From the NCBI GenBank assembly GCA_031411295.1, contig JANOAV010000040.1, positions 28,705 through 92,704 of the forward strand: DNA of 64,000 bases, in the 5' to 3' direction. The notes below the pieces were generated by a model. That model saw only the letters and a list, made by a program, of their open reading frames with translations, was not told where the DNA came from and made no database searches. Numbering within the stretch: the first letter of the stretch is position 1; every line of letters starts with the position of its first letter. Origin of the DNA: Verrucomicrobiales bacterium (GTDB lineage Bacteria > Verrucomicrobiota > Verrucomicrobiia > Verrucomicrobiales > V1-33). Position numbers and translations under genes: made by a program. Below, piece by piece: positions 10,178-19,433 of the stretch.

Positions 10178-12802
10178 ATGAGACACTTCACTTCAATGAA
10201 TCGACTTCCCTTACTACTATTGGCTGGCATAGTGTGCGGCAAAATGGCGGATGTAGCTCGAGGTGGAAACATTGCCTATTGGAGATTTGAACCTGGTGCG
10301 CTCACGAGTGACTCCGGTGGTAATCCGTCCGGCCCATTTAATCTAACCAATGTGGGAGGGAACAACAACAACGATGCGCTTTCCTTGCCCCTGTCAGGCA
10401 ATGGTTCGTTTTTCCCAAAAATCATTCCTTTGACTGGGCAAGCGAATTTGCAGGCGACCGTATTCACTCCAACGGAATCTCCGGGTGACATTTTTAATGC
10501 CGGATCACGATCAGCCCTTTCCTTGGAATCAACCACGATTGAGGCCTTCGTAACCCTAACGGGAGCGCAACAATCATTTTTGGAACGCGTCATCTATGCC
10601 CGGGAGACCTTCTATTCCCTTGGACTTTCTGGTTCGAGTTCGGGTTCTGTTCCAGCGTTTACCGCCCAAATGCGGCTGAACAGCGGTCAGACTGTCTCCC
10701 GAAAATTTCTGGCCCCACCCTCGTTCGTGATGAATCAAAATACGGACTATTATGTGGCTGCCAGTTCCAGCCTGATAGGCAACAGCACTGCTGGCCATTT
10801 GCGTTGTGTCACCTTTTACTTAAAGGATCTTACCGCGAATGGTCCACTCCGCATGGCGACGAACATGTCATTTGATTCGACCATTGTCTCGTATTCGTCC
10901 ACTTGGGCCTATATCGGTTATGAAGGATTTAGTAATCAATTCTACTGGGAAGGGTTGATGGATGAATTGCGAATTTCCGACAAGGCACTCAGCCAGTCGG
11001 AACTGCTCCTCACAGCCCCCAGTCAAGGTTTGCCAATCGTTACCGTAACGGCCTTGGACCCCTCGGCAAGTGAGTCGGGGGATCCCGCCAAATTCCGTGT
11101 CAGCCGCACTGGCCCCACGACCAGTTCCCTATTGGTCAGCTTTGCGGTTAATAGTGAGGCGGCTGAAGGATCTGATTTTTCTGCCATTGGGACCACCTTG
11201 CTTATCCCATCCGGCCAAGCATACGCCGACATCGACATCCTGCCTCTTCAGGACGGCTCCTATGAACCGCCTGAAAGAATTGTGGTAACCATACAACTGG
11301 ATCCCGCCTACGTCATCGGAACGGAAATGCTAGATACAGCCGTGATCTTGGATGATGAAATTCAAAGCTACGTGTTCTCCACAGACACGGTTACAGTAAA
11401 CGAAGGGTCAAACAACACGTTCACCGTAAGGCTGGCCAACCCTCCCAGCACCATCCTGTATGCCACCATCAGTCGTTCAGCGGGCGATACAAATCTGACC
11501 GTCAGCCCCTCCATTCTGGTTTTTACCCCATCGAACTATGCCACGCCCCAGACTGTGACGATTAACGCTGCGGAGGATGTGGATGCAGTCAATGGCAGCG
11601 CCACCATTAGCTGTAGTTCCCCTGGTATCCTGCAAAATGTCACGGCCGTGGAAGTCGAAAATGATCCCATTGGCTTCATTGTTTCAAACACTGGCTTTTC
11701 AGTTACGGAAGGAGCTACGGGGACATTCACGGTGCGTCTCAATGCGCCTCCCGTCGCGCAGGTGGCGGTGAGCGTGGCACGGACTGCTGGTGACACGGAC
11801 ATATCTGTCAGCGGGGGATCTTCGTTGGATTTCTCAAGTGCCAACTGGGATAGCCCACAAACTGTCACCTTGACTGCAGCCGCAGACGCTGATGCAGCCA
11901 TCGGTTCGGCCACCATCAGTGTTTCGTCTCCGGGTTATGCAACGGCCAATCTCACGGTTACTGAACAGGATACCACTCCCCAGGCCATTCTCCCTTCACT
12001 TACTTCCGTCAACGTATCGGAAGGTGGATCGAACACCTTTACAGTGCTGTTGCAGGCACAACCAGGAGCCAACATCGTGGTGGGAGTAGCCCGGACCTCA
12101 GGTGACGCCAGCATTACGGTGAGCCCGGCAACGCTGACATTCACCTCTACAGACTGGAACCTGGCCCAGACGGTGACGTTGAATGCGGCGGAGGATCCCG
12201 ACGCCGCCGTGGGGGTTGCCAGTATAACCCTTTCCTCCACTGGTCTGACCAGCAAGATTGTAACGGCTGGGGAAGTGGAAAACGACACGCTTGGTATTAT
12301 ACTCACACCTAATGTGACTTCAATCAATGAAGGGGGCACTGGCACGTTCACTGTGCAATTAAGTGCCCAGCCACTCGCAGCGACCACTGTTAATTTTACA
12401 CGAACCAGCGGAGACACGGATCTGAGCATCACGGGGGGCTCCTCCAAAACATTTTCCACTGCCAATTGGAACGCTCCTCAGTCAGTCACCCTGACTTGCT
12501 TGGAAGATGCAGATTTAGTCAATGGCAGCACCTTATTCACCGCGGCTGCTGCTGGCTTGCCGAGTGTCACTCTCAACGTTACTGAAAATGACAACGATCT
12601 TTTCTTGGCACTCATAACCAGGAATCAGGCAGGGGTGACCGTTTCTTGCTTGGGGATGCAGAATGGCGTGACTTATTCGGTGTTGCGATCATTCGATTTA
12701 ACAAATTGGACCAAGCAGGCTGAGATCACGACCGTGATTCCATCGCATTCAGCAAACCTGGAGCCTAATCAACCAAAGGTTTTCTACCGTGTCTCAAAAT
12801 AG
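10178..12802 (+). CDS. Secreted surface protein: LamG-like domain, Calx-beta, four tandem Ig-like repeats, C-terminal FYRV tail
   Basis: Signal peptide; AYWRFE...G.MDELRISD.AL (LamG-like); Calx-beta-like segment; four ~100-aa repeats EG...FTV.L...P...NW..PQTVTL...D.D. Confidence 0.75.
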   Translation: MRHFTSMNRLPLLLLAGIVCGKMADVARGGNIAYWRFEPGALTSDSGGNPSGPFNLTNVGGNNNNDALSLPLSGNGSFFPKIIPLTGQANLQATVFTPTESPGDIFNAGSRSALSLESTTIEAFVTLTGAQQSFLERVIYARETFYSLGLSGSSSGSVPAFTAQMRLNSGQTVSRKFLAPPSFVMNQNTDYYVAASSSLIGNSTAGHLRCVTFYLKDLTANGPLRMATNMSFDSTIVSYSSTWAYIGYEGFSNQFYWEGLMDELRISDKALSQSELLLTAPSQGLPIVTVTALDPSASESGDPAKFRVSRTGPTTSSLLVSFAVNSEAAEGSDFSAIGTTLLIPSGQAYADIDILPLQDGSYEPPERIVVTIQLDPAYVIGTEMLDTAVILDDEIQSYVFSTDTVTVNEGSNNTFTVRLANPPSTILYATISRSAGDTNLTVSPSILVFTPSNYATPQTVTINAAEDVDAVNGSATISCSSPGILQNVTAVEVENDPIGFIVSNTGFSVTEGATGTFTVRLNAPPVAQVAVSVARTAGDTDISVSGGSSLDFSSANWDSPQTVTLTAAADADAAIGSATISVSSPGYATANLTVTEQDTTPQAILPSLTSVNVSEGGSNTFTVLLQAQPGANIVVGVARTSGDASITVSPATLTFTSTDWNLAQTVTLNAAEDPDAAVGVASITLSSTGLTSKIVTAGEVENDTLGIILTPNVTSINEGGTGTFTVQLSAQPLAATTVNFTRTSGDTDLSITGGSSKTFSTANWNAPQSVTLTCLEDADLVNGSTLFTAAAAGLPSVTLNVTENDNDLFLALITRNQAGVTVSCLGMQNGVTYSVLRSFDLTNWTKQAEITTVIPSHSANLEPNQPKVFYRVSK

Positions 12803-12940
12803 CTTTGGGCCGACGCCTTGCGGGCAACTGGTGAGCACTGCATACGAACAGGAACGGACCAACAATCAGGGGTAGCACCGTGAGGTGTTACCAGGTGAGG
12901 GAAATGTGCTCACTCTTGGCTGGGGCGGAAATAGCCGGTT

Positions 12941-13171
12941 TTCCCACGGCAACTCCTCGATCTCCCAAGGGAACGCCCCACCTTTCCATGGAAATTGCCC
13001 GATTTCCCACAGAAACACGCCGGATTCCTATGGAAATCCCTCGAATTCCCGAGGAAACTTTCCGTTTCCCCACGGAAACCCGGTGATTTCCCATGGAAAC
13101 TCCACGAATTCCTGTGGGAACCTCTCGAATTCCCATGGGAAAACGAAGAATCCCCGTGGGAATTCGTTAAA
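12941..13171. repeat. Tandem array of 11 x 21-bp units: 12-bp near-palindromic core (consensus TTCCCATGGRAA) plus 9 variable nt
   Basis: Units start at 12941, 12962, 12983, 13004, 13025, 13046, 13067, 13088, 13109, 13130, 13151 with exact 21-bp period. Confidence 0.9.
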
Positions 13172-13268
13172 TTCCCTTAATTACCTCTTAAAAATCCATA
13201 ACCTTTCGGGAGGGGTTATAAGAATTTGCCCGATTTAATCGAAAAATAAGCAACAATCGGGAAATAAC

Positions 13269-13296
13269 TTGCCAGCACATTCAATTTTGATAGAAT
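13269..13296 (+). promoter_or_regulatory. Putative sigma70 promoter for the FN3 gene
   Basis: TTGCCA-16 bp-TAGAAT with extended -10 TG, 37 bp upstream of ATG 13334. Confidence 0.5.
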
Positions 13297-13333
13297 ACCC
13301 GCGTTGGTTTTTTAAATTCAAACAAACATAAAG

Positions 13334-14068
13334 ATGCCGCGATGGGACGAGCCTGGTCTAACATTCGATAATCCATTGTTTCACTACGATGACCCACGCA
13401 GCGTGGCAGAAATACTTAACACTCAACAAACCAAAGCTATGTTCGACGTTGTTTTAGATATCAAGAGCCTGTCCGTGCCCGACCTCGTCCTCCGTGCCAA
13501 AGCCATCCGCAAAGGAATTGCCGACACACCAGTCTTCTCAAGCCTCAGCGCGGATCTCACCGCACTGGACGGCCTTATCACCACGCTGGAAACCCTCCAG
13601 ACCGACCAAGCCACCGCCAAAGCCGCTTTCAGCAACGCCACCGCCGCCCGAGACGCCGGACAGGGAGCCGTCAACGCAGCCCTCAACAAGCTGGCGTCCA
13701 ACATAGCAAAACTAGCCACCACCGAGGCCCAGGTCATCTCCGCCCAAATGCGCCTCAAAGAAAAACCCGGCCCCAAACCCATCCCCGATACCCCCACTGG
13801 CCTGGAACTCACCATGGGAGACGAAGACGGAGAACTCTCCGGCCACTGCAACGGCCAGAGCGGCATCGTGGAATACTACGAGATCCGCTACACCACCTCC
13901 GATCCCCTCCTCCCCGCCACCACCTGGCAATTTGCCGACACCAGCAAAAAATCCAGCTTCGACCTCGCCAACCTCCCCTCCGGCCAAAAAGTCTGGGTCC
14001 AACTCCGCGCCTGCAACGCCCGAGGCAAATCCGGCTGGTGTGACCCAGCGTGCAAACGCGTTCCCTAA
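13334..14068 (+). CDS. Helical N-domain plus C-terminal fibronectin type III domain protein, no signal peptide
   Basis: Ala-rich amphipathic helices, then P..PTGLEL...YEIRY...W...L.NLPSGQKVWVQLRACN..G.SGW.DP FN3 pattern; alternative start at 13439. Confidence 0.8.
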   Translation: MPRWDEPGLTFDNPLFHYDDPRSVAEILNTQQTKAMFDVVLDIKSLSVPDLVLRAKAIRKGIADTPVFSSLSADLTALDGLITTLETLQTDQATAKAAFSNATAARDAGQGAVNAALNKLASNIAKLATTEAQVISAQMRLKEKPGPKPIPDTPTGLELTMGDEDGELSGHCNGQSGIVEYYEIRYTTSDPLLPATTWQFADTSKKSSFDLANLPSGQKVWVQLRACNARGKSGWCDPACKRVP

Positions 14069-14252
14069 TCTTAGTCCCAACGCCCGTTTCACGCCCTCCC
14101 TGCCGCCCCTCGCGCCCGCCGTTTTTTCCGTTGTCATAATCCGCAGGAATTCACGCTCATTTGAGCGTAAACCTGCAAATACGTTGACGATCACGCGCAT
14201 CTGCGGCTAAATCCCAGCAAAATTCCACTATGAAATCACTACCCCGCGCAAA

Positions 14253-14325
14253 CACCGACAAATCTGTCGCCTATAAAGAAGCTCGGCAAAATTCGACACT
14301 TCTGTCGGTGATCACCTAGTTCGGC
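14253..14325 (+). mobile_element. Degenerate attC-like site (right arm ending GTTCGGC) in front of first cassette
   Basis: Inverted repeat CACCGACA/TGTCGGTG, then GTTCGGC 15 bp before ATG 14341; left R'' box not found. Confidence 0.45.
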
Positions 14326-14340
14326 TTACCAACCCACATT

Positions 14341-14649
14341 ATGACTACGAATACAGAATCACAAGAAACCAGGCTTGCTGCCATGGAGCATCATATGCAA
14401 CGACTCAGGCTAGCGGTGTTCTTGATTTGGCCTGCGGTTTGGATTATTTCAGTATTTGCACTCTTCACGACCACCAAGCTCGATGCGGCAACAATTAATC
14501 CGTTCCTCGATTTGGTTGGAACGATGGCAATTGTAGTTGTGGTAGCAGCTTTACTCTTGGGGTTTTTATTTTTCGTGGCCAGAACGGCATCTGATTTCAA
14601 AAATCGGGGTGTGCAATTCCCACTAAATCCCGGAAGTAAAAAACCCTGA
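14341..14649 (+). CDS. Small two-TM hypothetical protein (gene cassette)
   Basis: Two hydrophobic helices, AT-richer than flanks, bounded by attC-like sites. Confidence 0.65.
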   Translation: MTTNTESQETRLAAMEHHMQRLRLAVFLIWPAVWIISVFALFTTTKLDAATINPFLDLVGTMAIVVVVAALLLGFLFFVARTASDFKNRGVQFPLNPGSKKP

Positions 14650-14684
14650 ATCTCCGCTTGATGCAAATGTCCGAACGACTCCTA

Positions 14685-14788
14685 GCCGAACAAGAACGCG
14701 GCTGCCGACTAGCGGTAGCCCAGGAGTATTTTCTGAAATCTTCAGCGTCAGCACGGCTACCGCTAGCCGCAGCGCTCTAACGTTCGCC
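14685..14788 (+). mobile_element. attC site (integron cassette recombination site)
   Basis: GCCGAAC (R'') ... GTTCGCC (R'), internal perfect inverted repeat CTAGCGGTAGCC/GGCTACCGCTAG, 104 bp, between two short co-oriented ORFs. Confidence 0.75.
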
Positions 14789-14826
14789 GTCGCTCTCGTC
14801 TCCCCACAATCTACACAATCAACACT

Positions 14827-15477
14827 ATGAAGACTACCATCCGAACCGCCATCATCTGCTTCGTCGTGGCATCCATCGCCATCGCAGCCACTACCAAACC
14901 AAGTCGGCTTACACCCAACCGCATTGCCGAGTTGACCGCTCCAAGCGATGCACCCAAAGCCAAAACCTACAAAGTTGCGGTTACAGGTTTGCAGCGCCCA
15001 TCTCCCACTCCCGCCGGGAAAAACGCCCCCATTGGCGTAACCCTTCCTGCCGACAAACCACAGGCAGTGCTCGAATGCATCCGTGAGTTCCGCTTTCCTA
15101 TCGAGTTTACCCCACCTGCAACCACCGCGAAAGATTCTGAGCTCCCAATTACCCCGACCACACCGGTGACGTTCGAGACCGTCAACACGGGCTGGACGAT
15201 TCGCCTGTCCGCCAAGCCACACGGGAAGCTCATCGCTGTCTATGGCGTCGCCGATTATACCGAGGCTGAGATGATTCCCGGTGGTTACGGCGCGTTAGCC
15301 GGCCCTATTTATACGGAGCAGGGCGACGTCATCACCCCGAACAAACTTGACCAGCCGAAGTTCCAGACCACGACCACCCGCTTCCATATTTTCGCGCTTC
15401 CCGGCGAGGCATACGAAGTCACGCTCTATCGCGGAACCAAGGCCGAGAAGCATACAGTCACCATCACAACTGAATGA
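14827..15477 (+). CDS. Secreted hypothetical protein (gene cassette)
   Basis: Signal peptide MKTTIRTAIICFVVASIAIA; follows attC; GGCTAAC (R''-like) at 15485 just after the stop. Confidence 0.7.
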   Translation: MKTTIRTAIICFVVASIAIAATTKPSRLTPNRIAELTAPSDAPKAKTYKVAVTGLQRPSPTPAGKNAPIGVTLPADKPQAVLECIREFRFPIEFTPPATTAKDSELPITPTTPVTFETVNTGWTIRLSAKPHGKLIAVYGVADYTEAEMIPGGYGALAGPIYTEQGDVITPNKLDQPKFQTTTTRFHIFALPGEAYEVTLYRGTKAEKHTVTITTE

Positions 15478-15772
15478 CCGCAACGGCTAACCTTCAAAGC
15501 TATTAGTGGTTGGACAGACCCGGTGATTCACTCAGACCTTTCGGCCTCAGTGGCTGATCGGCGGGCCGATGCGTGCGTGATGCCTCCACCAGCCCTGCTA
15601 CAGCCGCAGCCGCGTGACTGCCTTGAATGCCCAGTGGGTAACCTAAGCTGGACTGAACTACGATGGCCATCGGTATGATCCAGTGAATGGCGGTGGCGAG
15701 GGAGGGATCCGATTGGGTTGGTAATTTTTTGTCCTCCGCCCCAAAGGAGTTAACTGGATTGAAAGTTGCCGA

Positions 15773-17134
15773 CTACGATGCCGCTTGAAATGCCTCCCAG
15801 CAGGCGACGAAACCGTCTGCGAAATCCTGCGGCCGCGCTTGGATCCAGTCGGTGATTTCTGCCACGGGAAACCACGCCACACCTTCGATTTCACTGCTGG
15901 GGTAAGTCACCGCTCCGGTGTAGTCGGTGCGGAATAGCTCCACCCATTCGAAGCCCGTGGCTTGGCAGGGGCGGATTTTTGCGATCTTGGTCAGTTGTTG
16001 GGCTGGCTTGACGATCCCCAGTTCTTCCTCCAACTCCCGCACTGCCGCAGGCAAATAGACCTCCCCAGAATCGACATGCCCGGCCGCACTCGAGTCCCAT
16101 TTCTCCGGCATGGCATCCTTCAAATGACTCCGTTTCTGGAGGAGCAACTCTCCGAATTTATTGAAGACGAAAATATGAATCGCGCGATGAGCCAACCCTT
16201 CGGCGTGAACTTCGCCACGCGTCTTCTGGCCGATGACTTGATCTTCGTTATCCACGACGTCGAAAATTTCTCCTGCCTTCTGCGGCACGTCCTTGAGTTC
16301 ATGGGTATCGTAGAGCCGCCCGAGCTGAACCCACTGCAAGAGCGTTAATTCTTCGGCCCGCGCGGTCTCGATGGCCCCGATCTCCCGGGCCAGTTCCGTC
16401 CAGGGCAGGTCATTGGTTGGCAGTGTTTTGCGGAGCATTTTCCGCCGTTGATTGAATCCCATGCGCAGGATGCGATCGAAGACTTTTTCATCAAAGGTCG
16501 GCAACTCGTGACGGGGCCGTGGCACCAGACTCATGACCGCCGAGTGGACCTTCGGCTGCGGCACGAAGATATCCGGCGGCAGCACGCGCAAATTTTGGGT
16601 GACCCACCGGGCTTGCACCCGCAGGCTCAAGAGTCCCCGATCCGAAGTGCTGGGCGGAGCACAGATGCGGTCGATAACCTCCTTCTGCATCACAAAAACC
16701 GCACGCGTGACCGGGCTGGGATTCTCCATGAAATTCCTGACAATTTCCGTCCCGCAGGAATAGGGCAACGCACCAATGACCTTAAGTGGCTGGGCTTTGA
16801 ACAAGGTGCGGAGGTCGAATCGCAGTGCATCCCCCTCAATGATTTCCACCGGATAATCCCGCAACTCTTCGCGCAACCTGGCGGCCAAGCGGGCGTCCTT
16901 TTCCAGCAGAATCAGACGCTTCCCCTTCCCCAGCAAATGTTGCGTCAGCGCGCCCAACCCCGGACCGATTTCCAGGACAGTATCCTCCGGGGTAATGTCC
17001 AACTGCTCGGTGATCCAGCGAGCCACCTCCACATCGGTCAGGAAATTCTGCCCCATGCCACGGCTTGGCTCGACGTTGTGGGTGAGCAACGCGGATTTAA
17101 TTGAGGAACGTGAGTTTGGGGCTTGATGGGACAT
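15773..17134 (-). CDS. rsmA: 16S rRNA m6,2A dimethyltransferase RsmA/KsgA fused to C-terminal NUDIX (IDI-like) domain
   Basis: GQNFL, VLEIGPGLG, F.PQPKV.S, F.QRRKML, RAEEL; then AAGHVDSGE.Y..AAVRELEEELG Nudix box; start uncertain (17134 or 17158). Confidence 0.9.
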   Translation of the reverse strand: MSHQAPNSRSSIKSALLTHNVEPSRGMGQNFLTDVEVARWITEQLDITPEDTVLEIGPGLGALTQHLLGKGKRLILLEKDARLAARLREELRDYPVEIIEGDALRFDLRTLFKAQPLKVIGALPYSCGTEIVRNFMENPSPVTRAVFVMQKEVIDRICAPPSTSDRGLLSLRVQARWVTQNLRVLPPDIFVPQPKVHSAVMSLVPRPRHELPTFDEKVFDRILRMGFNQRRKMLRKTLPTNDLPWTELAREIGAIETARAEELTLLQWVQLGRLYDTHELKDVPQKAGEIFDVVDNEDQVIGQKTRGEVHAEGLAHRAIHIFVFNKFGELLLQKRSHLKDAMPEKWDSSAAGHVDSGEVYLPAAVRELEEELGIVKPAQQLTKIAKIRPCQATGFEWVELFRTDYTGAVTYPSSEIEGVAWFPVAEITDWIQARPQDFADGFVACWEAFQAAS

Positions 17135-17248
17135 GAGGGTATGCGATACTGCGGGCATTGGATTGTGGAAACGAGATAATTTCCACTGGCACAATTGGCA
17201 ATCATGCTTATGCAACCAATCTTCAACTCCAACCTTCGTTCAATTTCC

Positions 17249-17863
17249 ATGCCCCCCTTCCTCACCCTCTGTTTCCGCTCGATCCCGCTCGTGGCTGCGG
17301 CCGCGCTGAGTTCCTGTGTTACCGCCAACTATACCGGTGCCACCAACTATCTTAACGGCCAAGTGGCTACCAATCCGGGAACCGTCAACGGGCTGCCCCC
17401 GGATACCGTTTCCTTCTGGGACGGCGGGGCGGGCAACGGTCCGGCCCGGATTCATCTCAAGCTGGGTGAACAAGTGGCGGATTTTTATCGCGGAGACGTT
17501 CTCGTTGGCCGTTCCCGCGTTAGCAGTGGTGATGAGAATCACGGCACTCCCACCGGACGCCTCTCGGTGCTGGAGAAGGATCTGAACCACAAGTCCAGCC
17601 GCTACGGGGACTTCGTGGATGGAGCTGGCAATGTGGTGCAATCCAATGTGGACGTTAAGAAAGACCGCCCACCTGCGGGGACCCGTTTTGCCGGTTCTCC
17701 CATGACCCACTTCATGCGGTTGACCTACGATGGCGTGGGGATGCATACGGGCTTCCTCCCCGGCTACCCCGCCAGTCACGGCTGCATTCGGATGCCGGAT
17801 CACATGGCCGCAACGTTCTTTGCGAATGTGTCGGTCGGCACCCCCGTGTTAGTAACCCACTAA
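17249..17863 (+). CDS. L,D-transpeptidase family lipoprotein (YkuD)
   Basis: ALSSC lipobox; GMHTG..PGYPASHGCIRM catalytic motif. Confidence 0.9.
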   Translation: MPPFLTLCFRSIPLVAAAALSSCVTANYTGATNYLNGQVATNPGTVNGLPPDTVSFWDGGAGNGPARIHLKLGEQVADFYRGDVLVGRSRVSSGDENHGTPTGRLSVLEKDLNHKSSRYGDFVDGAGNVVQSNVDVKKDRPPAGTRFAGSPMTHFMRLTYDGVGMHTGFLPGYPASHGCIRMPDHMAATFFANVSVGTPVLVTH

Positions 17864-17873
17864 CATCCGATTA

Positions 17874-18674
17874 ATGAAACCATACCGCGTCAAACCCAAC
17901 GCAGCATTCAGCCTTGGGACCTACTCGACCAATGGCGACGTGGATCTGGGCACTAAAGAAGCGGCCCCCGCTCGCCTGCTGCAACTCCGCGAGGACATTC
18001 AATCCTTGCAGCGCATGCTCTATGCGGAGCAAAAGCAACGACTCCTGGTGATCCTTCAGGCCATGGATACTGGCGGGAAGGATGGCACGGTGCGGCAGGT
18101 ATTCTCCGGCATTGATCCTCACGGCATGAGGGTCGTTCCTTTCAAGTCTCCCACCCAGATCGAGTTGGCCCATGATTTCCTCTGGCGGATCCACGCTCAA
18201 GCCCCCGCTGTGGGCGAAATCGTGGTCTTCAACCGCAGTCACTACGAAGATATTCTGGCCGTTAAGGTGAAGAATTTGCTCCCGAAGACCGTTTGGGAAA
18301 AGCGTTACGACCACATCATCAACTTCGAACGGATGCTAGTGGATGAAGGCACCACCATCATTAAGCTCTTCCTCCACATCTCTTACGACGAGCAAAGAAG
18401 ACGCCTCCAGGAGCGCCTGGAAAATCCCCGCAAGCACTGGAAATTCGACCCAGAGGACATCAAAGATCGGGAGCGTTGGCCGAAGTTTATTTCCGCCTAC
18501 GATGAAGTAATCGCGCGCACCGCCACGGACTTCGCTCCCTGGTATATTGTCCCGGCCGATCGTAAATGGTATCGCAATTTGGTTGTGGCGGAGACGGTCA
18601 AGGCCGCCCTGATCAAAATGGAACCCGCCTGGCCTGAGCAGAAGCACGACCTTAGTGCAGTGGTCTTGCGATAA
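17874..18674 (+). CDS. ppk2: Polyphosphate kinase 2 family (polyphosphate:nucleotide phosphotransferase)
   Basis: QAMDTGGKDG, HDFLWR, FNRSHYED, K.WKF, APWY.VPAD.KW.RN. Confidence 0.95.
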   Translation: MKPYRVKPNAAFSLGTYSTNGDVDLGTKEAAPARLLQLREDIQSLQRMLYAEQKQRLLVILQAMDTGGKDGTVRQVFSGIDPHGMRVVPFKSPTQIELAHDFLWRIHAQAPAVGEIVVFNRSHYEDILAVKVKNLLPKTVWEKRYDHIINFERMLVDEGTTIIKLFLHISYDEQRRRLQERLENPRKHWKFDPEDIKDRERWPKFISAYDEVIARTATDFAPWYIVPADRKWYRNLVVAETVKAALIKMEPAWPEQKHDLSAVVLR

Positions 18675-18688
18675 CCGCCCACTGTGGG

Positions 18689-19378
18689 TCACTCCGGCTC
18701 CCGGTAAATCGTGTGGACGCGGGCGGTCGCACTCACACGATACTCCTGCCCCTTGGGCGTGGCGCAATGATAGCGGGTGCGCAGCCGCTGCCCCCGCCGC
18801 AGGATCAATTTCCCGTCCAGCGAGAACAACGTTCCCTCCGCCAATTCCGCCACCATGGGTCGATGGTCCAGGGTATCATGCTGCCGCAACGCCAATTGCA
18901 GGGCCGCATCCCGAGAACTGGAGGCATGCGGACCATGGCGGGCCTGCCGTTCGATGTGGGGGGCGAGATCCGCTGGAAAGAGTCCAGCTTGCAGCGCCCG
19001 GTGCAGTAAGTTGGCGAAAATGTGGCGCCACTCGCGACCGTGCGCGGCGGCTCGTTTCCCGTGCTGCTGGATGGTTACCGCATGGGCCAGCTCATGCAGC
19101 AGCGTGATGAGAAATTGATACCGATTCCCCGAGACATTCACCGTGACCTCAGAGAATTGCTCCCCCGCACGCTGCCGATGGTCCCCATGCTTGGTCCGAC
19201 GCGCGCGCACCGGCGTGATCACGCAGTGCACCTCATGAAGAATTTCTTCGATGAAGCCCTGGGAACCCAAGTCCAAAAATGGTCGCAAGCGCAGCATGGA
19301 AATTTCCCGCATACGCTCCGCCGCCGCCACCGGAATCGACGACGGCCCCCCTTGCAGATATCCACTCATGCCCAGCAC
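18689..19378 (-). CDS. SprT-like zinc metalloprotease domain protein (start uncertain)
   Basis: R.TK.GD, FLITLLHELAH, HG.EW motifs. Confidence 0.8.
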   Translation of the reverse strand: MLGMSGYLQGGPSSIPVAAAERMREISMLRLRPFLDLGSQGFIEEILHEVHCVITPVRARRTKHGDHRQRAGEQFSEVTVNVSGNRYQFLITLLHELAHAVTIQQHGKRAAAHGREWRHIFANLLHRALQAGLFPADLAPHIERQARHGPHASSSRDAALQLALRQHDTLDHRPMVAELAEGTLFSLDGKLILRRGQRLRTRYHCATPKGQEYRVSATARVHTIYREPE

Positions 19379-19433
19379 CTCATTATGGTTCCAGCGTCAC
19401 TGCGAATCCCCGCCCTGTCACGGGAAAAGTTAC

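Noticed and set aside
11365..12598. Internal repeats in the surface protein as DNA repeats or a DGR
   Set aside because: Diverged protein-level Ig-like domain repeats; no near-identical TR/VR pair and no reverse transcriptase
12941..13171. CRISPR array
   Set aside because: Repeats are 12 bp and degenerate, spacers 9 nt, and there are no cas genes in the window
12880..13238. Four overlapping ORFs across the 21-bp array as real genes
   Set aside because: Open frames arise trivially from a 21-bp repeat; only the SHGN frame is kept as an alternative hypothesis
13470..14040. Extreme C/A third-codon bias in the FN3 gene as a sign of special origin
   Set aside because: The + strand is also C/A-rich over nearby minus-strand genes (8100-9800) and at the window end, so regional strand skew can explain it
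15490..15770. Third attC or gene remnant after the second cassette
   Set aside because: Only the GGCTAAC half-site is visible, with no matching inverted arm and no credible ORF
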